Of a stretch of DNA of 64,000 nucleotides, positions 38,001 through 47,654 are shown in pieces (the stretch's first letter is position 1; the number at the start of each line of letters is the position of its first letter). The translations under genes were made by a program, and so were the position numbers. Under the pieces are notes generated by a model, which did no database searches, had not been told where the DNA came from, and saw only the letters and a program-made list of their open reading frames with translations. Source of the stretch: Callorhinchus milii (lineage: Eukaryota); the NCBI RefSeq assembly GCF_018977255.1, contig NW_024704742.1, positions 57,972,001-58,036,000 on the forward strand, read 5' to 3'.

Positions 38001-41000
38001 ACTCTATGTCTTGTGGCGACAGCTGCTGGAAGGCATTGCATGGAGGCACATGCCGCCGAACACACCTGGACCAAATCAAACCTAACGTCCATCAGCAGAT
38101 CTGGCTAGAACACAGCAAGACTTATCTCTCTGCCCTCGCCTCCGCCAAAGCATCCTTGAAGCCAAGTGCAATCCCAGGCTCCTCTACTGCACCACTAACC
38201 GCCTCCTCCATCCACCTTTATGTGCCTCATACATCCTCTCCTACAATTTTAACTGCGAGGAGATGTTGGACTTCCTCGAATCTAAAACCAAGGGGATTCA
38301 CTCAGCTACCTTTCCCCTGTCTACTACTACCCCACCTCCCCCTCATGCCCCGGCCCCCACCCATCCCTCACTATTACACCTTCAACCCTGTCTCCCCCTC
38401 TTCCCTCATCTCCATCATCTCAAAAATGAAGCCCACCACCTGCTCCCTTGACCCCATCGCCACCCCTCTCCTTACCTCCCAGCTCCACCTCCTGGCCCCT
38501 CTTTTAACCAACATCATTAACCTCTCCTTAGCCACTAGCACTGTTCCCACACCCCTAAAAACAGCTGTCATCCCCCTATTCTCAAAAAAAATCCCTGGAT
38601 TTATCCCTATTCTCCAGCTATCACCCCACCTCCAACCTCACATTCCTCTCCAAGGCCCTGGAATGAGTCATTGCATCCCAGCTTCACTCTTTCCTCTCCT
38701 TCCATTCCCTTTACAAACCCCTCCAATCGTGTCTCTGTGCTGCCCACAGCACGAAAGAACAGCCTTGGTCAAAGTCACTAATGACATTCTGTCCACCTGT
38801 GACCAGGGGTCTCTCTGCCTCCTTTCCACCTTAACCTTTCTGCTGCCTTCGACACTGTCGACCATTCTATCCTCCTCCACCGCCTCTCCTCTCAGCTCAA
38901 CCTTCACGGACCTGCCCTTGCCTGGCTCAAATCCTACCTCTCCCACAGTCTCCACTTTGTCTCCTCTAATGGCTTCTCCTCCAGCCCTGCAACATCATGT
39001 GTGGTGTCCTCGAGGCTCTGTCCTTGGCCCTCTCTTTTTCAACATCTACATGCTCCACCTTGGTGACATCAACCGTAGACATGAGGTCAACTTCCACAGG
39101 TATGCGGTTGACACCCAACTCTACCTCTCTGCCTCCACCCTCAATTCCAGGACCACCAATAATAATGTGGTCACTGAATCCATGTCTGTCTGTCTATGGG
39201 ACACTGCTGTGTCCAATTGGCTGCTGCACTTCGCCCACAAAATATACAGTCAATCCACTTTACCGTGTATTCTGTGAAGCCCTTTGAGATGCCTCAATGA
39301 CATGGAAAGCGCTATGTCAGATGCAATGATTATTATTATTATTATAAGGCATTATGCCAGATGCAAGGATTATTATTATTATTATCATTGGCGGATGGGA
39401 CTCTCTGCCCCCACCCTTTGACTCCATTCTACAATTACTCCGCCTCGTTCCCTCCCATGCCTCCTTCATGGCCTGTCCCAAGACCCTCCTCTTCGACCAT
39501 GCCTTTGGTCATGCTCCTATCCCTACCCTCCACCCCTCCTGATCACAATCACCAGCTCTGGTGCCTGACTTTCCAGCACCTTGGGACATCCTCCTGACAT
39601 GAAACACACTATACAGATGCAATTTGTTGATTTTGTTGTTGTTGTCAACACACATTCATACATCCAGTGCCTGGAATGCACCTTCATTGGCTTGCAGAGA
39701 AGTAAACAGCTGCTGTTGTACCTCTGTACCTCCAACTAGTCAATGGGAAGGATTGTGTGCTCGAGCTGCAGAGAGGAAGATGGTGGCAATACTCTCACGC
39801 ATTTCATATTGAATTTGTGGATAGCAGACATAATGAACTCCTCGTGAGCCTCTTTTGAGCAGCTCAGCATGAAATGCGCAAGAGCATTGCCGCCATCCTC
39901 TTGCTCACAGCTCAGACATTACTCACAGCCCGCAATTACTTGGTTTAGGGTACTGGATTCTGAAGCTCATTGCAGGATCTAGCCGGAATAGACAGAATAG
40001 AAGAATTAATACAGGAGGCCCACAACATTTTGCAGACTGGTAGCACAAAATCAGATGATGTTGATTGGGATGACTTAAATAAAGAAGTTAAGAAGTAACC
40101 ATGGCTAGTTAAAAATGATGTAGGTGGGACGCATGAAAGTCGCAGTTTGGCTTGGATATTCATAAGCATGGTGATGGGTTTCCGCATGAGTCAGATACCC
40201 GGCTGACCAAAAAAAAGGTTGTAATCGAGCCAGCCCTCTGTGGTGGTCTCAGTTACGTTATTCCTGATCCAGGTGGGTCCGTAGTATTCCAGGGCACTGC
40301 TGATGACAGCACAGCCAGGCTGGCTTATCAGCAGGACTTGGAAATGCAGACCAGTCACCGGGGTCAGGGTGTCATCACACTCAGCTTAGCAAAGCCCTAA
40401 CAGGTAGGGTGGTCCTAGCTGGACAAGCAGGGGAAAACTTGCCAGACAGCGATATGAATGGCAAGCTATGCGGTTTTAGCTAGTTAGACTCCAGCAGTGT
40501 TCCAAAGCACACTTGGGGTCCCCAAGCCTTGGCTCTTCCCAACCTGTGCATAATACTTTAATAAATCTCAGTTTGGTTTGGATGCTCTTAAGCATGGTGA
40601 CGGGTTTCCGTATGTGTCAGACACTTGGCTGACCAAAAAGAAAAAAATATTTTCCAGGCAGGAGAGGGGGAATCTATTTTGTCACTTGAACAAAACACAA
40701 AATACTGCAGATGCTGGAAATCTGAAACAAAAACAGAGGTGGCTGGGAACACTCAACAGGTCAGGCAGCATCTATGGAGAAAAGAAAGTGAGTCAACGTT
40801 TGGGGTCCACAATCCTTCGTCAGAACTGGTTTCTATTTTGTTACTTGGCCAAGGGTATCATACCAGATAGTGATGGATGAATAAAATCATTCACAATTCT
40901 TACCTGAGTGACAATAGTAGAGATGTACCTGTCAGTGCTGTACTCCCAGCCATCCACACAGGGCTCAGTCTCAGGTGTTGTGGCATTTAAAGCATCTGTT

Positions 41001-41269
41001 GCAGGAGTTTTGTATCTTCTACATCGACTGTAGATCATCTCACCATCCACCTCCTCTACAGGCAGCAGTGAACTCAGATTAGCTTCTCCAGTGGTTCTGT
41101 TCAGAGAGTCAGGCAGACGGCAGTGGTGCTGAGGGGTGTCTGCCAGAAACACCATAGACAGACCAGTGTAGCCGTTGTGCAAAACGATGAGACTCAACAG
41201 AAACAACACAGTTCTCTGGAAGGTTCCCCAATCTCCCAGGAAAGCGATGGCTTCATCATAGTCTTGCAT
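13900..41269 (-). CDS. SLC22A5: Complete 10-exon SLC22A4/SLC22A5 (OCTN)-like organic cation/zwitterion transporter gene. CDS join (minus): 41269-40904, 32650-32547, 31154-31000, 28951-28780, 27155-27029 (or -27014), 23605-23505, 20287-20073, 17335-17153, 14429-14294, 14011-13900
   Basis: All exons read by hand with GT-AG boundaries and consistent phases; total 1671 (or 1686) nt with no internal stop. Motifs [50 protein letters not shown]. Orthology to SLC22A4 versus SLC22A5 cannot be resolved by eye. Confidence 0.93.
14294..14429 (-). CDS. SLC22A5: OCTN-like gene, exon 9 ([44 protein letters not shown], 136 nt)
   Basis: tttcag|GA acceptor, TG|GTAAGT donor; TM12 plus LPES...LPE. Confidence 0.93.
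15335..16600 (-). mobile_element. L2 RT fragment (intron 8) interrupted by a plus-strand SINE
   Basis: [46 protein letters not shown]. Confidence 0.9.
15827..16144 (+). mobile_element. Full-length tRNA(Ala)-derived SINE with Deu-like core and L2-type tail
   Basis: A box agctcagtggttagagc, anticodon-like TTGCA, B box gagttcaattcc, core tgtgggacactgctgtgcgcaattggctgc, (ATT)n tail. Confidence 0.92.
17153..17335 (-). CDS. SLC22A5: OCTN-like gene, exon 8 ([13 protein letters not shown]...[11 protein letters not shown]...[15 protein letters not shown], 183 nt)
   Basis: aaag|AT acceptor, G|GTAAGT donor; ELYPT motif and the conserved TM11 Arg. Confidence 0.95.
17845..18730 (+). mobile_element. L2 LINE 3' fragment
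   Basis: ORF 17856-18686 with [15 protein letters not shown]; (TTG)n tail. Confidence 0.9.
19160..19940 (-). mobile_element. Rearranged L2 fragments with an embedded SINE tail (19431-19498)
   Basis: [28 protein letters not shown]2 tail at 19160-19230. Confidence 0.8.
20073..20287 (-). CDS. SLC22A5: OCTN-like gene, exon 7 ([25 protein letters not shown]...IVPA, 215 nt)
   Basis: tgcag|G acceptor, A|GTAAGT donor; GYYGLSL and E..AY motifs. Confidence 0.95.
21056..21378 (+). mobile_element. Full-length tRNA-derived SINE
   Basis: Near-identical to the 15827-16144 copy. Confidence 0.92.
21930..23005 (+). mobile_element. L2 LINE RT/3' fragment
   Basis: [33 protein letters not shown]; (TTG)n tail. 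Confidence 0.92.
23505..23605 (-). CDS. SLC22A5: OCTN-like gene, exon 6 ([34 protein letters not shown], 101 nt)
   Basis: tccag|CTG acceptor, TG|GTGAGT donor; 101 nt; LDLFRT..IR motif. Confidence 0.92.
25195..25735 (-). mobile_element. CR1-like fragments, including a nested CR1 3' end (25565-25685)
   Basis: Reverse strand reads as RT C-terminal-like ([24 protein letters not shown]); atagaattatacagcacagaaggaggccattcggcccatc tail. Confidence 0.6.
25768..26713. mobile_element. Possible hAT-like non-autonomous DNA transposon containing a SINE and a hairpin
   Basis: Ends agggctcctgattttcagttttaac and gttaataaacacggaaaaaaagaagcccta form imperfect inverted repeats; TSD not identified. Confidence 0.4.
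26078..26391 (-). mobile_element. Full-length tRNA-derived SINE
   Basis: Reverse complement of the 15827/21056/29297 family. Confidence 0.92.
27014..27155 (-). CDS. SLC22A5: OCTN-like gene, exon 5 ([30 protein letters not shown]...); donor either after 27029 (127 nt) or after 27014 (142 nt)
   Basis: ttcag|G acceptor at 27155; PESPRWL motif; both candidate donors are in frame. Confidence 0.9.
27310..27550 (-). mobile_element. L2 RT fragment
   Basis: [25 protein letters not shown]. Confidence 0.85.
27551..28296 (+). mobile_element. CR1 LINE 3' fragment (same family as 11796-12775)
   Basis: [29 protein letters not shown]; matching 3' end ggtcttttttcgtgtagcatttcttatg. Confidence 0.9.
28780..28951 (-). 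CDS. SLC22A5: OCTN-like gene, exon 4 ([16 protein letters not shown]...YVPFWW, 172 nt)
   Basis: aacag|G acceptor, TG|GTGAGT donor; matches ORF 28776..28985. Confidence 0.95.
29297..29612 (+). mobile_element. Full-length tRNA-derived SINE
   Basis: ggagtcctgtagctcagtggttagagc head through (ATT)n tail. Confidence 0.92.
31000..31154 (-). CDS. SLC22A5: OCTN-like gene, exon 3 ([52 protein letters not shown], 155 nt)
   Basis: tttaag|G acceptor, G|GTAAGT donor; 155 nt as in OCTN genes; not in ORF track, translated by hand. Confidence 0.93.
31545..32285 (+). mobile_element. L2 3' fragment
   Basis: ctccattggctccccatcccccagagg, ctttggaactccatccc, (TTG)n tail. Confidence 0.85.
32547..32650 (-). CDS. 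SLC22A5: OCTN-like gene, exon 2 ([35 protein letters not shown], 104 nt)
   Basis: AG acceptor at 32652-32651, GT donor at 32546; canonical 104-nt SLC22 exon. Confidence 0.95.
33152..33605 (-). mobile_element. Older tRNA-SINE copy with an extra L2-type tail piece
   Basis: ctaatcactgagctagaggactcca head (reverse); aatatactgtaaagtgaat core. Confidence 0.75.
33960..35426 (+). mobile_element. L2 ORF2 middle/RT fragment
   Basis: [52 protein letters not shown]. Confidence 0.92.
37240..37853. mobile_element. Two opposed L2 3'-end fragments (37240-37410 minus, 37620-37853 plus)
   Basis: [24 protein letters not shown] and L2 tails. Confidence 0.7.
38045..39160 (+). mobile_element. L2 ORF2 middle/RT fragment
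   Basis: [41 protein letters not shown]. Confidence 0.9.
39763..39913. repeat. Palindromic (MITE-like) element with ~45-bp imperfect arms
   Basis: gagctgcagagaggaagatggtggcaatactctcacgcatttcat versus atgaaatgcgcaagagcattgccgccatcctcttgctcacagctc; related arm at ~1077-1106. Confidence 0.65.
40690..40828. mobile_element. Short dispersed repeat resembling a Penelope-associated terminal segment seen in shark genomes
   Basis: aaatactgcagatgctggaaatctgaaacaaaaacaga...caggtcaggcagcatct; family assignment from memory only. Confidence 0.4.
40904..41269 (-). CDS. SLC22A5: OCTN-like gene, coding exon 1 (MQDYDE...ISTIVTQ, 366 nt)
   Basis: ATG at 41269; donor CAG|GTAAGA at 40903; SLC22 N-terminus, TM1 and large extracellular loop with conserved Cys residues. 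Confidence 0.95.
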
Positions 41270-41426
41270 TGTCTCAAGTTTCGAAATGCAGGAAAAACTG
41301 CCAAACAGCTGACACCACAAGTCACGCAAATACACTCAGCAGTTGGCTAAAAAGAAACCTCTTGAAATAAAGGTAAAATGAGAGCTGCATTGCAACCAAC
41401 TTCCACTGTGCAGCTCCCTTTGCCGG

Positions 41427-41512
41427 TGCTCAAAGGTCATTCACACTGCGTGATAACACAGGCGATGGACCTGTAAATCTCTCCATTCCTGACATGTCAG
41501 AGCCCCGCCTCC
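41427..41512 (-). promoter_or_regulatory. Candidate proximal promoter elements of the minus-strand OCTN-like gene: DR1-like site TGCTCA-A-AGGTCA (41427-41439) and GC box (41501-41512)
   Basis: Motif matches 160-240 nt upstream of the ATG; TSS unknown. Confidence 0.35.
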
Positions 41513-41562
41513 AACTTAAAGTGTTCGGGTTCAAAACGTCCTGAATTAAATTCAGGGGGAAT

Positions 41563-42740
41563 GTGTGGGACAGTGATGCGCTGTGTTACTGTGTGGGACA
41601 GTGATGGGCTGTGTTACTGTGTGGGACAGTGATGCGCTGTGTTACTGTGTGGGACAGTGATGCGCTGTGTTACTGTGTGGGACAGTGATGCGCTGTGTTA
41701 CTGTGTGGGACAGTGATGCGCTGTGTTACTGTGTGGGACAGTGATGCGCTGTGTTACTGTGTGGCACAGTGATGCGCTGTGTTACTGTGTGGGACAGTGA
41801 TGCGCTGTGTTACTGTGTGGGACAGTGATGGGCTGTGTTGCTGTGTGGGACAGTGATGGGCTGTGTTACTGTGTGGGACAGTGATGGTCTGAGTTGCTGT
41901 GTGGGACAGTGATGCGCTGTGTTACTGTGTGGGACAGTGATGCGCTGTGTTACTGTGTGGGACAGTGATGAGCTGTGTTACTGTGTGGGACAGTGATGGT
42001 CTGAGTTGCTGTGTGGGACAGTGATGGGCTGTGTTACTGTGTGGGACAGTGATGGTCTGAGTTGCTGTGTGGGACAGTGATGGGCTGTGTTGCTGTGTGG
42101 GACGGTGATGGGCTAAGTTGCTGTGTGGGACAGTGATGCGCTGTGTTACTGTGTGGGACAGTGATGGGCTGTGTTACTGTGTGGGACAGTGATGGTCTGA
42201 GTTGCTGTGTGGGACAGTGATGGGCTGTGTTACTGTGAAGTACAGCAATGTGTTCTGTTACTGTGCGGGATCATGATGTGCTGCGTTACTGTGTGGTGTG
42301 CGTTCCATGGGCTCTAATCTTATGCAACAGTCTTTTATGTGGCACCTTGTCGAATGCCTTCCAGAAATCCAAATAAACCACATCTACTGGTTACTGTGTG
42401 GAAAAATTATTTGCTGTGTTACGGTGTGGTACTTAAATGTGCTGTATTAATGTGTGGGATAATGATATAGTGTTACAGTGTGGGATAAAGAAGAGCTGTG
42501 TTACTGTGTGGGACCATGATTTGCTGTATTACTCTGAGAGACAGTGATGTGCCATGTTAATTTGTGCGACAGTGATGTGCTGTGTTACTGTGTGGGACAG
42601 TAATGTGCTGTGTTACTGTGTGGGACAGTAATGTGCTGTGTTGCTGTGTGAGACATTGATGTGCAGTGCTATTATGTGAGTTAGTGATATACTTTAATAC
42701 TGTTTGGCATTTGTTTTTGGGACAGTGATGTGTTGTGTTA
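41563..42740. repeat. 28-bp minisatellite (GTGTGGGACAGTGATGCGCTGTGTTACT)n; ~24 well-conserved units to ~42236, then degenerate units
   Basis: Directly visible tandem array; interrupted by a CR1-like scrap at ~42310-42390. Confidence 0.95.
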
Positions 42741-42744
42741 CTTG

Positions 42745-43152
42745 TACCAGAGAGGATAGACTTCAAGATTCTCACCCTTGTATTCAAATACCTCCACTCC
42801 TCTGCACCCCCCTACCTCTCTGACCTCCTCTCTCCTCACAACATTGCCCATTGCCTTTGTTCCACTGGGTCCGGCCTCCTCCTTGTTCCCAGAGTCCTGC
42901 GATCCACCCTCGGCAGCCGTGCTTTCAGCCACTGTGCCCCGAAGCTCTAGAACTCCCTTCCTCTCTCCCTTCGCCTCTCCCCCTCTCTTCCTATTTTCAG
43001 ATGTCTACTGAAGACCTTTCTCTTCGACCACACCTTTGGTCACCTTCCTCCCCCTCCCCCTGGCTCGGCCCCGGGATCCGTTCCTGTGAAGCGCTCTGAG
43101 ACGCTGTCCGGTGTGGAGGGCGCTATATAAATCCAAGTTATTGTTGTTGTTT
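42745..43152 (+). mobile_element. L2 3' fragment
   Basis: RIDFKILTLVFK..PPYLSDLL; (TTG)n tail. Confidence 0.85.
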
Positions 43153-43159
43153 GTAGTTA

Positions 43160-43556
43160 CTGTGTATTTTGTAGCCAATTGCAGCAGGCAATTTGCATAC
43201 AGCAATGTTTCACAAACAGCCATTATGTGTTTTGTGGGCGAATGCAGCAGCCTATTTGGGCACAACATTGACCCACAAGGACACAAATTAAATAACCGAT
43301 TTTATTTGGTGGTTTGTTGGCCAGAACACGGAAGAAAATCACTTTCTTAGAATAGTACATGGATCTTTAATGTCCACCTCAAGAGACAGAAGCGACCTTG
43401 GTTTAGCATCTCAGCTGTAAGACAGAGCCTCTAACAGTTCAGCACTCTGCCATTACCTCCCTGGGATTCCAGCCTAGACTATAAGCTCAATGTCTTGATG
43501 TGAGACTTGAACCCACAACCTTCTGATCGAGAGGTGAGAGTGTTACCAACTGAGCA
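43160..43556 (-). mobile_element. Ancient DeuSINE-type (SacSINE/AmnSINE-like) element
   Basis: Reverse reads gctcagttggtaacactctcacctctcgatcagaaggttgtgggttcaagtc...gagtgctgaactgttagaggctctgtc, followed by a Deu-like core. Confidence 0.6.
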
Positions 43557-44472
43557 GGTTTTGTAACATCTTGTCACATTAAAATGTCTCAAAGAGGATT
43601 TTTATATAATGAAAATTACTCAGTGATTAATGAACACGTCAATCATATGGATCATCAAGTTCCTACAAATAGTTTTAAAGTGAATGATTAATTAATCTTA
43701 AATATTGTTGGATAGGAAACCTGATACCTTCGCAATAGTAAATTAAATGATTATCATTCAATTATGATTATTTACTCGTAAACTTTGAAGTTTTACTTGC
43801 ATTTTATTATAAACAAAATGGTAACTCTTCAAGAAGAAGAATTTACAATTCCTCAGTATCACAAATAAAAGGAATCAAACAGCTGAACAAGTAGCAGGTT
43901 GTGCCAAAGACCATTTATCCCTTTACTGGAAGGAGCTATCCCATTCTTCTTTTAGCAATTTCACCTTTCAGTCCAACAAGAAAATGCATATGACATATTT
44001 GCAGTTTAAATTGTATTACACTCCCCTGTAGTTAATATATTTCTGCCAGCCAAAAAAATGTGCCAACAACAAAAAACCTGGGAACAATTGTCAAAACACT
44101 TTTCTAATTATTCACTGCATTAAATGCGTTTTCCTTATTTTATAAAGTTCATCACTGAGTACCAAAAAGTCCTTATTAAATTGGAAATCTTCCTGAGATG
44201 AGCATGTGCATTTTTGTGCATGAGCATTGCATTTCGCCCACAAAAGAGACAATCAATTCACTTTACAGTATATTCTGTGAAGCGCTTTGAGACAACACCA
44301 CAAGATGATAAGACGCAACATTATACGCAAGTACTTTTATTATTTGGAAAGGAAAAGTTTTTAAAAACAAATTTCCACAACATTTTTTTTTAACCATTTA
44401 ATAGAAATGGCATCTATTAAATGATAAAGAACATTTCTGTGTTATTCACACATTGTTTCTATTTCCTTGCAG

Positions 44473-44576
44473 TGGGATCTCGTCTGTGAGGATAGCTGGA
44501 AAGGACCATTCACTACTTCAATGTTTTTCGTAGGCGTGTTTTCTGGTTCCTTTGCCTCTGGACATCTTTCTGACAG
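44473..44576 (+). pseudogene. Orphan OCTN-like exon 2 ([35 protein letters not shown]) of a third, fragmentary paralogue
   Basis: ttgcag|TGG acceptor, AG|GTAAAG donor, exactly 104 nt; no plus-strand exon 1 recognised upstream in the window. Confidence 0.85.
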
Positions 44577-45672
44577 GTAAAGCTTACAAATAACTGCAGT
44601 GAAGTGACTTCCAAGCTTGCTTTTCTCTTGACCATGGTTATCAGTATAGTGACTTTAGGAACTTGATTACTTGATAATAATAATAACAAAAATAATAATA
44701 ATCTTTGTATTTGGTGATGGTGGGCTGGTTATACACATGTTGGCATTGAGAAAGATTTTGTGGGAGGGGAGAGGCGAGAAGGTAAGGCCATCTCCACAAT
44801 ATCCACATACATTTTTTTGAAGCAAAACATGACGTATTTCTAAATTTAAATCCAATTTTAAACTACATTTACCGTCTTAGTGATATTAATTGCTATTTGC
44901 ACGGAAAGTTGTCCATGCTGTGAGAAGAAGATTAACAGTGTCTAAGTGTGGCTACAGAAATGGTGAAAAAGGAGATTTTAGATTCTTGTCCCATTGGGAC
45001 CAATTTTGGGAAGCAGAAGGTGTTTAGATATGACAGGGCTTCACCTAAACCAAACCAGTACCAATTTTATCCTGCCGGAGATTTGGATTCCAGAGCATGT
45101 AAATTAAAACAAAGCCAAAAGTTGATGTGTATCAGACTGATCCTGTCTACCTCTTCAGGTGTTTGATAAAGATTCCATGGCGACACAAAATACTATTCAA
45201 AAATAGAAATTTCTGCCTGTGTCCAGGCCAACAATCTCCCAAATAAAATTGGTTATTCATTTCAAAACTATCTGTGGAACATCTGTGCACACATAGGCTA
45301 CCATATTCACCTACAAATACAAGGTACATTCTCCCAATGTGAAAGGCGCTTTACAACTGTAATTGTTGTTGTTGAAGAGTGCTTTACCAAATGCAAATTA
45401 TTAATACTTATAAACTGGGAGCAGCAGGGTATGGGACATTCATAACTTTAATTTGTGTCCAAAGGGGAAGTGAAGGTTTAGCCATTCGAACAGCATTTTT
45501 CTAAGAGCGCTGTTAACCCAGAATAGAGTCTCAGAATGCTGTATAATGGCAGGTTGGACGCCAAACAGGAGAAAAGGTGTGTGTGAGATCAAAGAGGCAG
45601 GTCTTCTGGTGAGATTTCAAGATTGATGAAGTGGAGGACAAGCCAGAGGTATTCAGGCAGGATGATTCAGTG

Positions 45673-46017
45673 AATAATAATAATAATCCTTGCATTTGAT
45701 ATAGCGCCTTATCACATCTTTGAGATGTCACAAAGCACTTCACGGAATATACTGTAAAGTGAATTGACTATATATTTTGTGTGTGAAATGCAGCAGCCAA
45801 TTGCGCGCATCAATGTCCCACAAACAGTCATGGATGAGTGACCTTATTTTTTTAAGGAATTATTACCCTCGGAAAGCGATCCACCAATCGATTGCTACTT
45901 ACTGCTAGGTAAACAGAGTTGTGTGGAAACTTGTCCAACATTTCTCCCTGCCGGGAATCGAACCTAGGTCTTTCATTTGCGAGGCGAGTGCTCTAACCAC
46001 TGATCTACAGGATTCCA
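45673..46017 (-). mobile_element. tRNA-derived SINE (older subfamily)
   Basis: gcgagtgctctaaccactgatctacaggattcca head (reverse); aataataat tail. Confidence 0.85.
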
Positions 46018-47034
46018 TGAAGGAACATCACCAGGAAGGAAATGTGTGACATCTCTTACAAGGCTGTGGCTGACATGGGGTGAGGGGCTGAGGTTCAGTC
46101 AATCCCACTATGTCTCTCTTGTGTGGAAGGTATGATGAGTGAAAGCTTGACCACAGCACAGAGGGGTTGTGGATACACAGCAGCTTGTGTTAGCTAAGTG
46201 AAGGTGGGGTGGGGTGGGGTGGGGTGGGGTGGCAAAGCAGTGGTCTAAGAGCAGGTCAGAGAAGTAGATCATGAAGGAATTTGTTTGTAGAGGTGAGGCT
46301 CTTGAAACCTGTTTGGGTACAGGAAGCATGGAAAGGATTGGCATGATGGTTAGGTGTAGTTTGGTGGTTTGATTACTGAAAGTGTTGTCAAAGAGGTGTG
46401 TTTTGAGCTGGACCTTAAATCGAGGGATGAAGAAAGATACAGGGTCTCAGGAATGGAGTTCCAGCAAGCAAGGGCAGAATGGCTAAAATGATTGGCCTTC
46501 CTTGGAACTTTCTTAAAAAGAAGACTTGATTGTTGTATTCAAAATTATAAAATTATTTATTTAGAAGATTTCAATGCAGATATATTTTCCTGTCATGTAG
46601 AGATATATTCTGTGAAGCACTTTGAGACATCTCAGTGACATGATAAGCCGCTATATCAAATGCAAGGATTATTATTATTATTTTGAGAACAAAGAGTGGC
46701 ATCATAACTTCAAAATAAAAGCAATAAGTATTACAAAATAGTGTAGGAGAATTTATTTTAAAAAAATCTAGCAAACTTTCCAACACTTTTGTCATGACAT
46801 GAAATTCCTGAAGAACTTCCCAAACATGTTCTACAGCTTCCTAAAACGTTAAAAAATGTTCAAAGGAACCAGGATGAGATAACAACAGCAACAATTTGCA
46901 TTTATACAGTGTGTAATTGCATAAGAACTGTACAAAGTACATGCTAGAAGAACCTTCTTTTGTGAATTCAGCACGTTGAACAGTTTTAAAAAGTATAAAA
47001 AAAACACCAATACATATAAAACATACTTTTATTT

Positions 47035-47173
47035 ATTCTGTTTGCCACCATGGCTTTACAGACAGTCTTCAGCCTTGTTCAAGTGTTTTCTGTGAGCTGG
47101 GAGATGTTCTGCACATTGTGCTTTTTCGTTGGTCTTGGACAGATTTCAAATTATGTAGCTGCTTTTATTTTAG
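47035..47173 (+). pseudogene. Orphan OCTN-like exon 3, 5'-truncated ([47 protein letters not shown])
   Basis: Strong OCTN TM3-TM4 similarity, G|GTAAGT donor at 47174; the expected first ~16 nt (FGRK) and the AG acceptor are absent; no exons 4-10 recognised downstream. Confidence 0.85.
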
Positions 47174-47654
47174 GTAAGTTTTGTTTAAAACATTACAAAC
47201 AAAATGATGTATTACGTTTGTGTCAAGTTCTTGTTTTCTACCTTATTTTCACCTGTTTCTCCTCTGGTGTTGTCTTCCCTGATTACGTGTTTATCTGTGC
47301 GCTTGGGCTTACATGGACAGCCTCTTACTTCTGGTTCAGAAGGTGTGAGTGTGGCCTCATAGTTTTAACTTTGAAGCCCATTTTCAATAACAACAACAAA
47401 AACAAATTGCATTTATATAGTGCCTTCGCATTAGGAGGACATTGAAGGATTTGTCCTTGACCTGGACTTTCATTTTGAATTTTTTTTTAAAAGTTTCTTT
47501 AGTCAACTTAAAAAAAGGTTCAAAATAAAAGACTGTTAAGAATTTGTCATAAAATCTGCACGCTTTGAAATGTTACACTAATAGAGTAAGTCTTTACTCA
47601 GGTGAATTTTTGGCCTATACAGGGGTAGATGAATAGAGAGATAATAATATTCAT

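Noticed and set aside
38006..39277. Longest ORF (423 aa) and other Pro/Ser-rich ORFs
   Set aside because: Frame-shifted L2 ORF2 remnants or their alternative frames.
41270..41335. 22-aa N-terminal extension of exon 1 in the ORF track
   Set aside because: It begins at a non-ATG codon; family conservation and the paralogue both point to MQDYDE as the start.
41563..42236. Regular 28-bp repeats as a CRISPR-like array
   Set aside because: Units are head-to-tail with no unique spacers; eukaryotic minisatellite.
47044..47445. Perfect Kozak GCCACCATGG opening the 131-aa ORF 47050-47445
   Set aside because: It is simply the codons for A-T-M-A inside an OCTN exon 3; the ORF runs past the splice donor into intron and repeat sequence.
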